Shown here one piece after another: positions 12,412 through 28,400 of a DNA stretch of 64,000 bases. Origin of the DNA: Trichinella spiralis. Lineage: Eukaryota. Both the position numbers and the translations under genes were made by a program. The notes under the pieces were generated by a model. It was given only the letters and a program-made list of their open reading frames with translations. It did not search any database and was not told where the DNA came from. Position 1 is the stretch's first letter. Each line of letters begins with the position of its first letter. The stretch spans positions 1,315,444 through 1,379,443 of the forward strand of contig NW_003526948.1 of NCBI RefSeq assembly GCF_000181795.1. The letters run 5' to 3'.

Positions 12412-15400
12412 TTAATAATCGTCGATCGTATCTTTTCATTGTAGAACCTTGCGTTCTTTTCTGTACTTTTCCAAGTGCTTTATGTTTTCATTTATTTGTT
12501 TATTTCTGAAATGATGCACCAAAATTATGATGATATATTTCTGCTTCAGTATCATAGCTATTATTCTGTTTGTTTCACATTTGAAGAAAATGATATTTTT
12601 TAGTACATCTTTCTGCATATTAATATTCATAATTTTTGTTTTCCTTGAAATAAATATCGTTCAAAGCTGAAAGTTTGAATTCAAAATTTACATGTATATT
12701 TTACATATATGAATATATATATATATATATATATAACGTTTACATGAGATGTATTTCTTTGAATGCATCTTTTCTCTAATTTTTCTTTAATTTGAAGCGA
12801 ACACTGTGCAAATCAAATCATTGCAACTGGTAACAATAGAGCTGAGTTTCCCCATGTGGATTATAGTGAAAATTTGCTTTTCATTATTCCGCCGTACATA
12901 TAAAACATTATTGCAGTGCATCAGTGAAAGTCGACCACAAAGCTACATAAGAGGTAATGAATTCTATTTATTGTTAAGCGTATAAAATATAACGTTAACT
13001 TTTAAAAGATATAAAAACAACTAATATTACCAAGTGAAATGCATTATAGGAAAATTTTTCAGTCATAATTTAAAATTAAATGCAATTCCATAAAATTAGT
13101 GTCTTTTTCCTTGTATGCAACAGAATTTCTTTGTTAAAAAATACAATATGTAGCTTCAATATGTTTATGTAAATAGGTTAAATTTGATTTCTCGAAAGCA
13201 GCAACAAAATATCTAAAACTTGAATCAGAAATTCTGCTTTGCTGTAGATTAGTTTAAGTGATTGCAGCACAGTTTACAAACTTCCTCATCAACAACAAAT
13301 CTTAAATTTAAACTTTACACTTTTGAAGCATAGTTTATTCAATTGGAGATGAATAAAATGGAATTTTTTATATAGACTTTCACTTCTTTACGCTTGAGCA
13401 TAAAAATTTTCACAATGATAAGCATTATAAGTGATGATTGGTAAATTTTAGTTCAATTTATGAAAACAAATTAACTTTCATCTGGTTTATGTGAAAAGTT
13501 TGAGCAAGTGAACATATGTGTATGTTAATTTTGCAAAAGGGAATCAGTAGATTTTAGCAGATCAACCCTTTTCCCTCTCACAATATAGATAGATGGAATT
13601 ATTTGCATTTTCAAATCCATTTCAAAAGCGAAGTGAATAAAAGCAAAGGATAATTTATTGAATCATTTGTGTACACAATGAAGTTGGCCGGGAAAAGGTA
13701 TTTTCATTTGATCATCATCGTTCTTCATTTCCATGGGCAATAAAATAGCTCAGATGTGCGCATTAAGCTTTCAACTTTTCTGTGCACAGCGCTGTGAAAT
13801 AGAACGTCAGCTGGTCTTTCCATTTGATGGACTATCGGACTTTTCCACCCGCGCTACATGTTGTAATTGGGTGTCAGTTGTTTGTCACTTGGTGTGTTGT
13901 TCTATATGCATGCATGCATGCATGTAGCTAAATAGCAGATGCTTCGTTATTATGTATGGTCAGTCAACTGGTGTTCATAAAATCATAAAACGGCACTTCT
14001 AGAAAATTTATCGACTAATAAAATGTTTATACTTACTTTCTGAAAATGAAGCAGCTTTTTGTTGTTGAACTCGCGTTCCAAACATTGGTCTATTCAAGTA
14101 GCATCATTTATTTGTTTACATTTGTAATTGTATACCTGGTTGAGAGCTTGAATATGCTATTTATAATTATGAAAATAAATATGTGTAACGTTTTCAAATA
14201 ATATTGAACAGTATTATTATTATTGTTTGATTTCTATAATAATACTGTGTGAATGTTTTAAAAGATAATATTTGATATTCAAATTGACGTTTCATTATCT
14301 ACTCTATCAGCTTAAGCTTAAGCTTAAGGTGAGTTTGATTTTATTTCATCTGCGTGCTTTTATTTGCGTAACATGTTGAAAGTGTTTCATTTTGTTGCTT
14401 TGTCAAATTGATATTTCTCTCATTAGCAACTTACATTTGCTCTTCAAATCTGTTCAGCTTTAAACATAGGAAATTTCTTTTTTTTGTTTTGTTTTTCACA
14501 AAAGATTCAACTGAACTGATTTACTTTTACAATTTCCATCAAAACCATTATTATTATAATTAGTCCATAAAAATGGAAAATTATTCATAAATATCATTCT
14601 GCTTTTCATTTTGCATGGTTTTCAATGATCATTGCTATAGGGTTTTATTGTTGAATGTGATTTGTCATGTTTACCAATAATGATAATAAGAATACAATGG
14701 GAATAATGGTGAAATATTGAGTTCCCTTTTGTTTGAAACAGTGCAGCATGCTTTAAATGGGAAAGTTTTCTTATTAACTTAATTTATTTCTCATTTCGTC
14801 AGCGGTGAACTTTTTGATTGCATTATTTATAAAGATATTTTGAATAGAATAAGCAGCTTATTTATATTTATTGGTGAAAACTTATAAATCAGATCGCCGT
14901 GAATGCAGAGAATAGGTCGTACTTCCTCAGTCAATAATATTATCTATATCCAATATAGTGATGAATATAATCTATGAAAGTTTATTGAAAAACAAAAAAC
15001 AAAAATAATTTAATCTACCCCTTTGTAAAGTTAATAGACTTTAATATTAACATATTACAACCATCAGCCTTTAATTACATATCGCAGAAAATGTTAATAT
15101 GAAAATATTATTTTGTATTTCTTTATGTATTAATTTGTTTTTTCAATTTAAACTTTCATTGCTAGGCAATGATATTGTTCAAACAAACAAATCATCTCAA
15201 GCTCATCCTTCAACCAACAATTGCGTTGTATGCTAGCATATTCAGAAAAAAGAAATTTTTTGCAATTCATTTTTCATATTCATTTTACAGTTTAATAGTA
15301 AGAGGTGAAAAATGAATCAAGATGCTGAAGAAGTATTTCATATAAAATGAAAAGTTAAAAAATACTGGAATAAGATGGGTGACGTTAACAGAGGATTTCA

Positions 15401-15456
15401 GGCACAGCCGTCTGTAGCTTTGAATTTGGTAAAACAACAGAGTTGTAGTAAGAGCT

Positions 15457-15489
<33 letters not shown>
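15457..15489. repeat. (GTA)n microsatellite
   Basis: About 11 perfect GTA units. Confidence 0.9.
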
Positions 15490-16701
15490 ATATTCCATTG
15501 ATTAGAATAGTGCATGTAGTTTTACACAAAGCCAGATGGTGTGAGCAATTACATTTTGCTTATCTAATCACGACAAATCAATTCGCTGTCAGTGTTGCAA
15601 CAGTAAACAGTGTCTGCAAAGATGCGTATAAAATATGACAAATTTTACAAATTTAAAATTCAATTCCAAATTTGTAGTTGAAAAATTTTCAACAATTGTT
15701 ACCAATGTTGGCGAAAAAGCAAAGAAAATGTGTCTGGCAGGCAAGCAGGCAGGCAGGCAGAGGAGGGAGGCAGGCAAGAGAGAGGCAATTTTCTAGATTT
15801 TATTTTGTTATTTAAACTTGTAAATGTTAACTGAAAAATATTTTAATGATTGCCATTGTTCAACTGGAAAGAAGTTTTTAAAACCAAATTGATTTGCAAT
15901 GGTGGAAAAGTTGGAAAGTGAAAATTTGCCATGTTCCAAATCTTGGTTTGAAAATAATTTTTCAAACTTCTCCTCCATTATTATACACTGATAGGTGTAA
16001 TGAGCACTGACTTGTTCCGCCATGCATGCAGGGCACGCATCCGTGATAACTTTGTAAAATGGTGACAAATTCTTGTATGTGAACTGTCAATTAGTTGGTC
16101 AAATGGAAAATATTTCGAAAATATTCAAAAATGAAACTGAAAGTTACAAAGTAGTGAACATTTTGAACTTATGTTATGTGAGGTTCTTGTATATTTGTGA
16201 AATTAATTTTTGTTTTATTGACGAAAAATTATTTGTATAGTTGAACTATTATTTTATTTTATTTTTTTCCGTTTTCAATAATAAGAAATTTTTTATTTGC
16301 GCATATTGCGTGGATGAAGCAATTTTCAACTAGATTAGCTAGCACGCAGATTTTTCCACTTCCTTATTTGCTCGTCCGACCGGCATGAACAGACACAGCA
16401 ATGAATATATTGTTCCACAGCTTTCCACTTCCACTTCTACTTCAGTCACGCAGACGTGACTTTTTTACGTGTTTTTTTTCCATTTCTTTGCTTGTTCAAT
16501 CTAGCCATGTGGAAAATGATTCAGAATGTGCAGCATTTTTGACATATTGGAAGTCAGTCATTTGGACAACATCTACATGTGGTGAGCAAGAAAATGCCTC
16601 AGAGGAAGAGGCCAGAAAAGAGCGGCGACAAAAGACCAGAATGACAAATAGACGATGGAACATTTATCGATCAATGTCAGATTTATTCTTCTTTCTGTCT
16701 C

Positions 16702-16803
16702 TGTGTGTGTGTGTGTGTGTGAATGTGTATGTTTGATGGTGTGTGTGTGTGTGTGTGTGTGTGAATGTGTATGTTTGATGGTGTGTGTGTGTGTGTGTGT
16801 ATG
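16702..16803. repeat. Compound (TG)n microsatellite duplicated as a ~42-nt higher-order unit
   Basis: (TG)n-AATGTGTATGTTTGATGG occurs twice, followed by a third (TG)n run. Confidence 0.85.
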
Positions 16804-19800
16804 TGTTAGCTGAGCAAAAGGAAATGAAAAGAAGATTGGCGTCGTAGAAGGCGTAGCAGCACCGTTTGGTGCTTGGCATGTTTGTTGTCAGTTTGTCGAG
16901 ATTCTTTTCTATTGGTTGTCGCAAATAAGACGATCATTCGACAATCCCGTTGTGCGTCGTAGTAAAACTGATACTAGTAATTGTACTACGAGTTGTTGCA
17001 AGTAGCTATAAGCCGCTTGGCACATTTTAACCAGCTAAAAGAAAACGCTGTCATCGCTATTGCCGTTGCTGTCGCTCGAGTCGTCATCACTATATTGATC
17101 AGAATTGCTGATTCGCTCAACTTGCCGGGGTCGTGCTTACGAATGGTTACGCTTTGTAAAAGTGAATACGACCAAAATCGGTGATATTCACCATGCAACA
17201 CTGTTATTATATTCATCCATGTCCATTATGGGTGTGTGTGTGTGTGTGTGAGCATCATCTTATTTTTGATTTCTACTTCTTGTGCGTTGCTTCCCTCTCT
17301 GTCCCCCTCTCCCTTTCTCTCTCTTTCTAGCTGTTAATATTTTTTGAAAACTCCACTTAATAACTTTTGCATAACCTTCTTCATTCACTCTTTAATCTAA
17401 TATGAAACTTATATTTTGATCAAAAATTAATGATATACATATTTATTTATCTATTTATTGATATCATGCTTTAAAACAAACAACATGAGCAATTTTAATA
17501 TATGTATATATATATATATATATCAGTGTGCGAGTCGACAACACAGTTGTAGATAGAACACGGCTAATCAGCACGTTGCAGGCTGCACTTCACTTTTACG
17601 CGTCGGCTATAATGATAATGATAATGATAATAATCATAATATGAAGCAGTGTTGTTGCTCTGCTAGTAGTAATATTATGCCTGCTAGTCGGTGATTTTCA
17701 ATTGTGGCATTTTTAAGTTTTCATTCCACTTTGGCCACTCTGCTGCTCTGTTTTCCTAAAAGCTGAACAAATTCAACTGGTGAAAAAGCAGTCGTCTTCG
17801 TCTTCGTCGCCGCCGCCGTTGTTTGCTATCTTTCCATACAAATGCCGTTTATTTGGAAACAGCTTTGATTCTAGCGAACGATCGCTGTCAATATTGGTAA
17901 GTTTTTTATGTTGTTTCATTTTTTACCTTTAATATTTTTAAATGAATACATACGTATGTATATATTCATAATTGATGGGTTGGTATTTATTGTTTTTGGA
18001 TTTTTGTGTTCAATTTGCACCGTTTTCTTCCGTCAGGTTACCTTTGATTATAGTCAGTCAGTTGAATGATCATAATCATCATCATCATCATCCATAGTTT
18101 GTGATGTGAGTTTTTGGCAAAAAAGAAGTGACGCAGCTGAGGCGAGATCATATCGATCTATGGCAATTGGGATTCGTTTGTGCAATTCGCAGGATTGTCA
18201 TGTTCATCTTATATATTTGCAAAAATTTGAACACGACATTTGTGTAACGCCATGACAGAAAATAGCTTAGTCATCAAAAAAAGCAAAACAAAACAAACGT
18301 GTGTGTATGTGTATGTGTATGTGTGTGTTTATGTGAGTAGGTGTGTGATATGAATTTTGATATTGAATTATTTATTGGTATGCATATTTCTTCTCAATGA
18401 TCACCATGATCATGAACTATGATGATCATAATCTGTATAGGTAAACAACAAACGCTACGCTAATGATTATTCGTTTTGCAGTTGAAATGCGCTTGTTCGA
18501 CTCGTTCGCATAGGGGGTCGGTCATTAATAGAATTCATAACGATGCTTTATATTATTTTTATAGAAATTTTTTTTTCTTAGGCAAATGAAAAATAATTCA
18601 GATTTAGGTATTTTTTGATTTAAAAATATGCTTTTTGGTGGTATTATGTTTTGGCGAGTTTGTTTGCTCAATTCATCGACAGAAACAGCCGAAAGAGAGA
18701 ATGTGTTTGTTGTTTGCTTAGTTGAACGCACTTAATAACGCTAGCCAATTGTCCTTTTCTGTGTCATTGCAAACATTTGCATAGAAGAAGAAGAAGAAGA
18801 AGAATTGAAAATAAGAAAATAAATTTTTTTAATTTTCCATATAAATTATTTTTCCTTTAAAAATACAATAAAGAAGACAGACAGTTCAAATTTATGAAAT
18901 GGGATTAGCAAGCAAAGTTGGCTGCTCACTTTGGAAATAATCGGCATCTATACTTGGGTGCAGTTGGTAAATGGCAATGGAAAATATGGCCAAATGAAGA
19001 GCAAGTTTGTTTGACTAGCTCTTTGTGAATAGCCGAACAGAAGCAGTTCAATAAATTAAAACACTTTGGAGCAATACAGAACATGAACATCATTTATTGT
19101 ACATTTACTTTTGAAGAGATCGACTAATAGTATGAGTATCAGTAAAAGAAAATAAATAAGTTGATATTAATAATTTTTGAAAATGGAATTGAAATGATGG
19201 ATTGGTCAAGTGAAGTTATTATTTCTCTTGTTATTCTGATTCACCAAACTCTCTGCCTAGGATGCCTCGGATGATGATGATGATAATGATGATATTAGCG
19301 CTTCGGTGGGAAATCGGGATAGAAAGCAAACAAAATTTGCTCTTCCATAAAATTCTTCATCAACTGCAACACCACCGTCAGCAATCGCTTTTGCTTTATT
19401 TCCAACTTTGTATGCTTAAATTTGCCTTTATCAGCCCCGTGCAATCAATCGTGTTTCATTCGTGTGGCTCAAATCAGCTTTAGCAGTCTTACTTCTTCGA
19501 CCGAACTGCCTTCTGGTCGGCCTAGTCTTTCTGTATATATATAGAAAAAGGCATTTTGCTAGATTTGTAGTTGGAAAATTCTTTTACAATCCAGATATTG
19601 TTTCAGCTGTGTAATATAGTAAATTTAAAGGTTATCGTGTTTGAAATTTTCAGTACATATTATATCGAAATTATAAAAATTGAAGTTTAATGTTTGAATA
19701 TTGAAAATTAATTCCCAATTATAATGGAAGCTAGAAATTAATGTGAAAAAGATTTAAAGAAAAGTAATTTTTAATGGTAGATGAATAAGGAAAAATTTTT

Positions 19801-22454
19801 TATTCAAGCTTGCATTGGCATCATTCATATATGGATGAGATGTAATTTGCTGATGAAGGGTATTTTATCAACTTTTCAATGCATGATAAATTAATAAAAA
19901 GAAAAAGAAACCAAGACGGGGTACAAAACCATCGACCCACGAAGTTGAGCTTCGTTTTGTGTTGGCGCTCATTGTCTTGATTAATTTTGCTGCTTGGTTT
20001 TATTGTGTATTGGTTTGTTTAATCGTCTCAGTTTGTAAAGCTGAAATTGGTTCAATTGTCATTTGAGTAAGGGTTTCTTACTTGATCAGTCGGCATGAGG
20101 TTTGAAAGCTCGAAGCATACCTCATCAGGTCATTAGCTGGATTATATTCTGGCCGCTCAGGCGTTCTGCACTAGAGGAGGAGGAGGAGGAGTGCTTTGCG
20201 CGTGTTGAATTGAATCAATAAACGTTCATTGTCCGCCGCTAAATTTGTCTCTAATTCAATCTTCTAAAGCTGATAAATCAGCAAACTGCTTCGCCGTATC
20301 ACAGAAACACATATTTGAGATAGCCGCGTCTCTATCTTGGAATTCACAAACCAAAATGGAGTTAATTAATGGAATTTCGTATTCTTGCTTTGCTGATTTA
20401 CGGGCTTTCTTTTGTGCGTTCAATTATTTATTTGCATTATGCCAATTATTATTAGTATTATTATCATTGCACTAGTTTTATTATGAATTGATAGATTTAC
20501 GGTAGCATCTTCAAAACGGATAGATATGATTTTTATCGAAAAATGAAAACTACTTTACCTACCCCTAATGAAATATTTCTTTAAAAAACTTTATTTTAAA
20601 TAGCTATTTTTTAGATAAATTAAATTTTCTCTTCAAGCTATTCTTTTGGTTGAAAGTAATTTTGCAAAGCAGTACTAACTGACAGTATTTCATTTTTCAA
20701 TTTTTTCAGCAATATGACAATAAATGACGAAATGAATCCAAATGAAACTGTGCTGGCACTTATTTACTGATAAAAAAACTAAAGAAATTTGAGCAACCAG
20801 GTTAAGATCAGATCAGATCAGATTAGATTAGATATAAGATAAGACACGGCAACAGCAACAGCTCAGCTTCACATTGCTTACTTTCAAAGATTTTATTGAA
20901 TCATTTACCATTTTATACAACCATTTGTATGTTTTTCATTTTCATCATGCAATGTGTAGTTTTATTCTTATTCTTCTTCTTATTTAAATTTAGCAAAAGC
21001 ACATTAATTGATTGCTTATTATTATGCACAGTTTGTCGTGTAAATTTCGAAATTTTTCCTCTGCCTGCTGAAACGTAAATAACATGATAAAATGTGAAAT
21101 TATCATTTTTTTAAATCAACTTTATTATTATACGCTTTGAAACTGATCGGAAACAATTATTTCATACCAATTTCACAAAACGATTTTGCTATTTTTGGTC
21201 AGTATTTAACAACATTTAACATCTTATTTTACATTATTGTAATTGTAATTCCAAATTGCACTTTTTGCATGTTCTTACACTAAGCAAGAAGCTTCTTTTT
21301 CTTTTGTATCAATGCAAAAAGTAAGCATTTTTGAAGTTGAATTTATTTTATTTTAAATTCAGTAATTTATTTATAGTATGAAATGTATTTACTCTGCTCT
21401 TATGTGCAATTGCCTTAGAGGTACAAATGAGAAAACAATATTATTATAAATTAAACTACATCTGATTCGATGTTATTTGATCGGTTTTGCGATAAGCATA
21501 TTTTCAGTTGCTGTATGCTAAGCAGTTTGAAGTTTTGTAATTTGAAAATTCCGAATAGCTTTTATAAAATAATAATCAAAATTTAAAATGAAAATGAGTA
21601 GCATTACAGGTTAGTTAGTAAATAGTGTTAGTAGTGGATATGAGATAATTTTAGCCTGACGGTGGTGCTTGCATGCTCTCTGATATTGTTTCTAATAATA
21701 AATAAGAAGCTGAACATGAAACCTGATAAATATTATTTCCGCAGTTTATATGCGAAAAGTATGGATTGCTCACTATCAATAATTGGGCAATATTGATTCA
21801 ACGGGATATATGAAACCTCGCGATCTCTTTTTTTAGATTAAAATTAAATGCATTTCAAACGATCACATTCTATTTTGCTGACATTTGATGACAGGCAACA
21901 GACACATTGCGCATATGCTTAGTTCACATTTACATTTGCAAAGAGATTTTTTTCTTCAAGAAATTGCTTTTGTAGTAAAATTTATACTTTTGTTACTTGG
22001 TGGTTTGATCGGGCACCTCATTTCACGGTTCACAGTATAAAATTTTAATTGAAAAAAATTATAAAATGTTATGTAGCTTATGTTTTATTATATAAATTGT
22101 TTATTTGTTACCCCCTGGGTTTTTTTTTGAAATTCTTTGTTGTTAGTGTTGTTCATCATTTTAATACAAGTCCGCACTTTATTGATTTTCGGTTAAACTT
22201 TCAGTTGAAATTATTGAATTCAGAAACAATAAAAAGCATTAAAAAAGCAATTCATTTCAATATTCAGCAGTAGCCATGTAGAAATTAAAGTATTTCATTA
22301 TTATAAATTATATTAGTCAGATGAAGAGGCTTTTTATTTGCGATTCAGTGCATATATACATATATTTATTTATGTATTTATATTTTTATTTGCATATTTC
22401 ATTCAAGCTTAACAGTGAAAATAATAATGTTTCTATTATTAATAAAATCCACTT

Positions 22455-22498
<44 letters not shown>

Positions 22499-25400
22499 TA
22501 TAAATATTTATTAACATAAAGCTTTCCAGACGGTGACATTTTCCAAGATTGAATTACCGTATTTTCATATATTATTAAAAGCATTGTACAACCAGCCATG
22601 CAGCGGGCTTTGTTATGATTAATTTAAAGAAAATACATTTTTTGTTCTGTAATAAATTGCATGCAAACTTGAGTGGAGGTTCTTTTTTTACCCAGGCTTT
22701 AAATTGTTGAATTATTCAATAAAATTGTTAAGTATGCAAAATCAAATGCTTCACCAACGAAACTATATTGATTCAAAAAATATTTTCCTTTTTTATTTCA
22801 TCTATCATAAAAGAAAATTGTTTTTTCTGCTTGTCAAATATTAAAATATTAAAAATTAATGCAATTTTTTACGACGTACAACACAAGTGAAGTTTGCTGT
22901 TAATCGGAAAATGATAAGATACGTTTTTTCTTTTTTATGATTATGAGGCATCATCTGTTTTGCTATTGGTGAGTCTTATGGCATGCATATTATTCAAATA
23001 AGTTGTGATGGTAAGCTTGAAGCGATTTGATTTCAGTGCACTAAGGTGTAATGGAGTAATTTTCAAGACATTTTGCTTTTTAAATGGTTCACTTTTGTTT
23101 CAAATTATTTTCCATATGTGTCATTTTTAATTTCACACGGAGGTTGTTATTTTACTTTGCTGGTTCACAAACTGCAGCCGTATAGAAGTCAGAATTGCAC
23201 AAGGAAAGAATGAATAATTATATATATATATATATATGTTCAGTTTATTATTATGAGTATTTAATCTAAAATGCTTAAACTGAAGGTTATGGTTCTGGTG
23301 CAAAATGAAATGTAAATATCTATGTTTTCTATTTTTAGAGCTTGGCTTTTTTTTACATATTTGGCAACGATTCGATAAGTTTAGAGCAGTTCAGAATGTT
23401 TGATATAGTTTTTAATTTATCAGATCAGATAAAATGTAGCTGCTGTAGACTGAGTTCTTTTGTGTGCAGGAGATTTTTATCAGATTTTAAAATGATTCTT
23501 ATAATCTTTGAGCAATGTTCTAACCAATCATCAGTAACTCAATAACATTCGCCTGATTCTGCCTTCAGAAAGAATCGTTACTTGAATGAAAATCGATTAC
23601 CGTCAAACAAAGCAAAAGCATTGGTCGGCTTTAATATGACAGATGAACTTTGATTTTATTAAAAGCATTTCTAAGAATTAATGCAGTCGAAATGTTTCTT
23701 GATGGATGTTTCATAATCATTTTCTTGAGAAGCGAAGAAATTGAGGAAATAACTTCATCTACTTGGGTAAGGCTACACCTTTCGATTAAATTTCACTAAA
23801 CTACCATCACTACCACTACTATTACTGCTCACTGTGGAATGAAAAAGCAAATTGCTCTTTGCCCACACTCGCAAACACACATACAGTGACTTTTTTTTAG
23901 TTGCTTTAAATTTGCATTTAGCACCTGTATCATTTAAGAAGTGAAAACAAATGGACATTTAATTTATTTTCCACTTTTGTAGACTTTTTCTTTATTATTT
24001 CATACATGAAATAAACTATTGATAATACACTTTCAGCTTCATATTCTGTGATATGTAATTTATAAATACTTTCCGAAGGGTGAAATGAATTCCATAACAC
24101 CAATGTTAATTGGTCTGGTAACAATGATGTACACTAACATTTATGAATATTTCAGTTGCAATATTTGTAAAAAATTATTTTCTTTTCTGTTACAGTTGAA
24201 ATATGTTCATGCAATTAGTCAGTGGATAACATTTTTGTTGAAATGTTATGATTATCTGATAGCGGCTTTATAGTCTATTCATAATAAGTATGCTTATTTG
24301 ACAGTACTATTGTTGAATAAATTAAATTTTGCATTTTAATATCATATTAACACTGGGCAATGCATTGTGAAAAAGAATTGGTTCTTGTTGTACCCGTTGA
24401 CACTTTCTTGAAAATGACGATTTGTCAATAAGTGGCGTTTCATGAAATTACATGTCATACAATATACTGCACTGAATTTATTTTCAGTGATACATTTCAT
24501 TAACAAGTGCAACGATTCTATTCTGAAAGCAAAATCACTGTGCACATCAATTTAAATATGATAAATTGTGGCTTGTCTATACTGTATAAATATTTATAGC
24601 TTGCATTTTGGTGAAATGGCAGATTTAAGGCACTGGTTCAATAAGATGTCCATTTATGGAAAATAGTATTACTTATTTGCCTAAAATGATGCACAGTTAA
24701 CAATATTCTCAATTTTTGAAATGGCCATAACTTTTCATTTTTCTGTTATTTAATCAACGAAATGCCATCTTGATGTAGTTATAGATTATAAATTGCAATT
24801 TATATTATCATATAAAATGGCAATTTTTTCAGTGCTATAATCTGACAGCTATTGTTTTAGGGTTAGTATATTTACATTTCACGTCATATTTTTTGCTGCA
24901 AGTGAAAAATGAAACTGAAAGTCGTCCTTTCAACCAGTTTGTATTAGAGAAGCTGCTTGATTTTGCTGAAAAGCAAAATAAAAAGTATCCGCATACTGTG
25001 AACAATGAATTTTCCGCTGAAATATAAAATCGACTTTGTGCCTATTGTTCACGCGACTTCAATCAAAAGGTACGTTTGTAACGTTTCATTTTATTGAAAA
25101 ATTTTATTTCTTACAAAAAATAACCCCTAAAATTTATTGCTCAATGATTTTTGATGATATACAACCTGAGGTAAAATGTGATATAATGGTAAAAAAAAAG
25201 TTCAGTTCAGTGTTTTATATGAATATTCAGCCAAGCCAAGCCTATTGCTTACATAAATTGTTTTAATTCAATGTAAACGACAGAGTTGAGAAAAGTTATT
25301 CAATGAAAGACAGAACTTTTTTTCTAAATTGAAATGCCTATTATAATTGGATTTTTTTTAACACAAATTATCATAGAAAAAGCTTCTGATGAAAAAATAT

Positions 25401-28400
25401 GGCAAAGTCCAACTTGAGCTTCCAATTTCATTTAGCTAATAATAAATTTATATTCATGAAAACAGAATAATTAATTGCATAATAATTTCCAATTGCAGCT
25501 TAATCGAGAAGAGATTTTGTTTTCAAGCAAATGAATAAAGTGAATAAGAAAATAATGTTCTTCAGGGTTAAAAGCTCGCAATGGTCCTTACATCTTTTAT
25601 TATATGAAAAGTTTTATAATGATGCAAGCGGTAGCAAGTAATAAATGTTTTCTTTATCAGTACAAAATTTTAAAATATATGAAGTACGATTTATCGCAAA
25701 TTAGGATTTTTACATTTATTAGAATTGCCTGCGGTTCTTGATTACAATAATAATCAAGTTTGATGATTTCTAATAGAATTATGAAAATGAAATGTTCTTT
25801 TTTTGTAAATTGTAGTAAATAAATAATAAAATGTAAAGAATGTTAACTCGAAAAATTATTTCCGTTGTAAGTATTGGAAATGTAAGTGTACAAATTAGTT
25901 CCAGGAGGTGGGATAAGTAGAGAGATGAGCTTTGTAGCATTTTAGGCAAGATAGCAGTGTTTGTTTGAAAAAATTCTTTTCTTGCTGTGCATGAATTCAG
26001 TGCATGATTAAATATGAATAAAAGATGGACTGGCATTCATTGAAAATTCACATCTAATCAAATCATATCAAAAGTTGTATTTTATGGGTAATTATTGTTT
26101 TTCTGCAAATACATATACAACTTTGCTAGCAGAGGAGGAATTCAAGCATTTGTGTAATATATGCTAGCATAAATGAGGAAATAAATGCACAAATATGAAT
26201 TATAGTTGTTGGTAGATGCAAGTGAAATATGTTTGATTTTGTTACATTTGTAGTGTGTTTATGTGCGTGTGTTGTGTATGTATGTATGGATGTATGTGTG
26301 TGAAAATAAAAATAATATTTAACTTTTGCTAAATTGAAATTAGCTTCCGGAAAAGCACTGATGATTGCAATTGCACAATTGCAGTGCGCATATCGATTTT
26401 TTAATCATGGACTAGGATGGGAGCGTGTTTTCGAACAGTTTGTTCATTTGCTTGTCTTGCTTACTATCTTTTCAATGGCTTTGCTTTGCGATTTCAAATT
26501 CAATCATCAGAAATTCTTGATTGGTAGTTTATTTGAAAATGGCTATTGTTGAAGTTAAAGTCATTAGGCAAACACACAAGTGCAACCATTTTGCAAATTA
26601 ACCCTTTTTCCGAATTCTTTTACCAGCTTGCTCGTTTGCAACTAGTTTTGCAAATATTATTGCAAGCAGTTTGTTGTATGCAATAGAAAATGCTAAAAAC
26701 AAAACGGAATAATAAATCTGTTCTGCAATTGCAAATTCTAAATATTGATAAGCAATTTTAATTATTGCAATTCAAATTAATTGAATTATAATAATGATTT
26801 AATAATAAAATCAGCATGCATATTTTCATTCCAATTGATTTCATTCATTATTGCCTTTACAGCATGCACAGTTGATTTGAACAATTTTATTCTTATTTGA
26901 GAAATTATATTTCAAAAACAGTATTTTTTTAAAAACTGTTATTTTTGAATTATTTTAGAAAATTTTTATTATTTTTTGCAAAATTTGTTTTACTCTGTTC
27001 AGATAGAACATCATGAAACAGATCAGCAATTGTTTAGTTCGTTTATAATTTAAATTTTTTCAACACGCATCACATCGCATCGCATCACATCACATGCATC
27101 ATTCAAGCCGTATTAAATAAACAGAAAATGCAATTCATTTTGCAACATTTATTGTTCTCGCTGTCATTTTAATTAAGTGAATAAAAATATTTAATCAATA
27201 AAATTTTTGGTAGAAAATAATCAGTGAAATAGAGAAAATGGGTTTTCTTTGGGGTATTGCGACAAGAAAATTTCTCATTGAAAATTGTTAATTTTATTTT
27301 TTTTTTCAAATTATTGTAATCTTAATCTGTTGGTAATGGTTTACGTGCAGTGCGTATAAAACTAATTGCAATGAATTTAGAATGCATATGCTGTTGTTCT
27401 CTTGTACGATTATTCTTATATCCTATATCAAGTAAATTAATAATAATTTCCTATTATCATAAAAATGATTTTCTTTTCTCCAGCAGTGAGTTTTCATTGA
27501 AAAACATCAGGGTATTTTTCTCCTTTTCTTCAAACGTATGTCTATAGATTGATAGATGGATGGATACATCTTTAGCAGTATTTTTTGAAGAAAATTCTCG
27601 TTAATTTTAAATAAACCTCAATGTATTTAGTTGTAAAAATTATCGTTTGAAATAATGCGTTTCTATTTGGAGTTATTTGGAATGAAAAATATGGATTTGA
27701 TAAAAGTGAATATCTGATAATACTGTATTACTGTATGTTTGCGTAAGGACAAATTTGTAAAAATGAATGCCATATGTATATACATATACATATACATATA
27801 CATGTGTATACATGATGAATTTCTTGTAAATTGTTAATTATTAAATTAGATCAAATTAATAACAATTCATTTAAATCCCAAAAGAATGATAGATCTTTTT
27901 TAAAGTCCCATTTGCATTGATTTATTTCTTTTTTATATTTATTTATTTATTTTATGAGCTAGCTTTCAGTTGATAGAATCATTTTAGTTGAAAGTATACA
28001 AAGGTGTTAATGAAATTAAATTCTCTTTTAAAGTATTACTTCTTTCATTTATTATTAAAAATGCGAAATTCATATGTTTGGAAATGATGCTTTTGTATGT
28101 GGTAAAGTTTCAGTTCGTTCAATGAAATTTATTTTTCTTTACTCTTTTACAAACAGCGAGCGCTTTTATTTATTATCATGATATTTCTACAAGTAGATAT
28201 TTCACATTTGTTTGAAAAGCTTTTGTTTAAATTGCGTACGTAGTGTATTTATTTTTTTAATAATTTGTTAATTAATAAATTGAAAAATTGTAATTTTTTA
28301 TTAAAATTTCTGTTCTGTTGAAGGTTGTGGATTTGAAGTGGTACTCTTTCGTATATGTTCAAATTTCTTTTATTTAACGATAGTGACAGATGTATTTTTC

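Noticed and set aside
19261..19416. Exon-like frames on both strands (DASDDDDDNDD.. and KVGNKAKAIADGG..)
   Set aside because: Driven by a GAT repeat, with no partner exons or homology I can support; kept only as part of the gene-poor-region finding.
20805..20843. Pentamer repeats (AGATC/AGATT; similar runs at 27067, 38264, 43292) as array-like or telomere-like elements
   Set aside because: Short degenerate microsatellites with no spacers and no TTAGGC/TTAGGG tracts.
27371..27404. MNLECICCCSL, a candidate RGS cysteine-string exon
   Set aside because: Donor phase is incompatible with exon 31076; the true cysteine string is at ~29452-29491.
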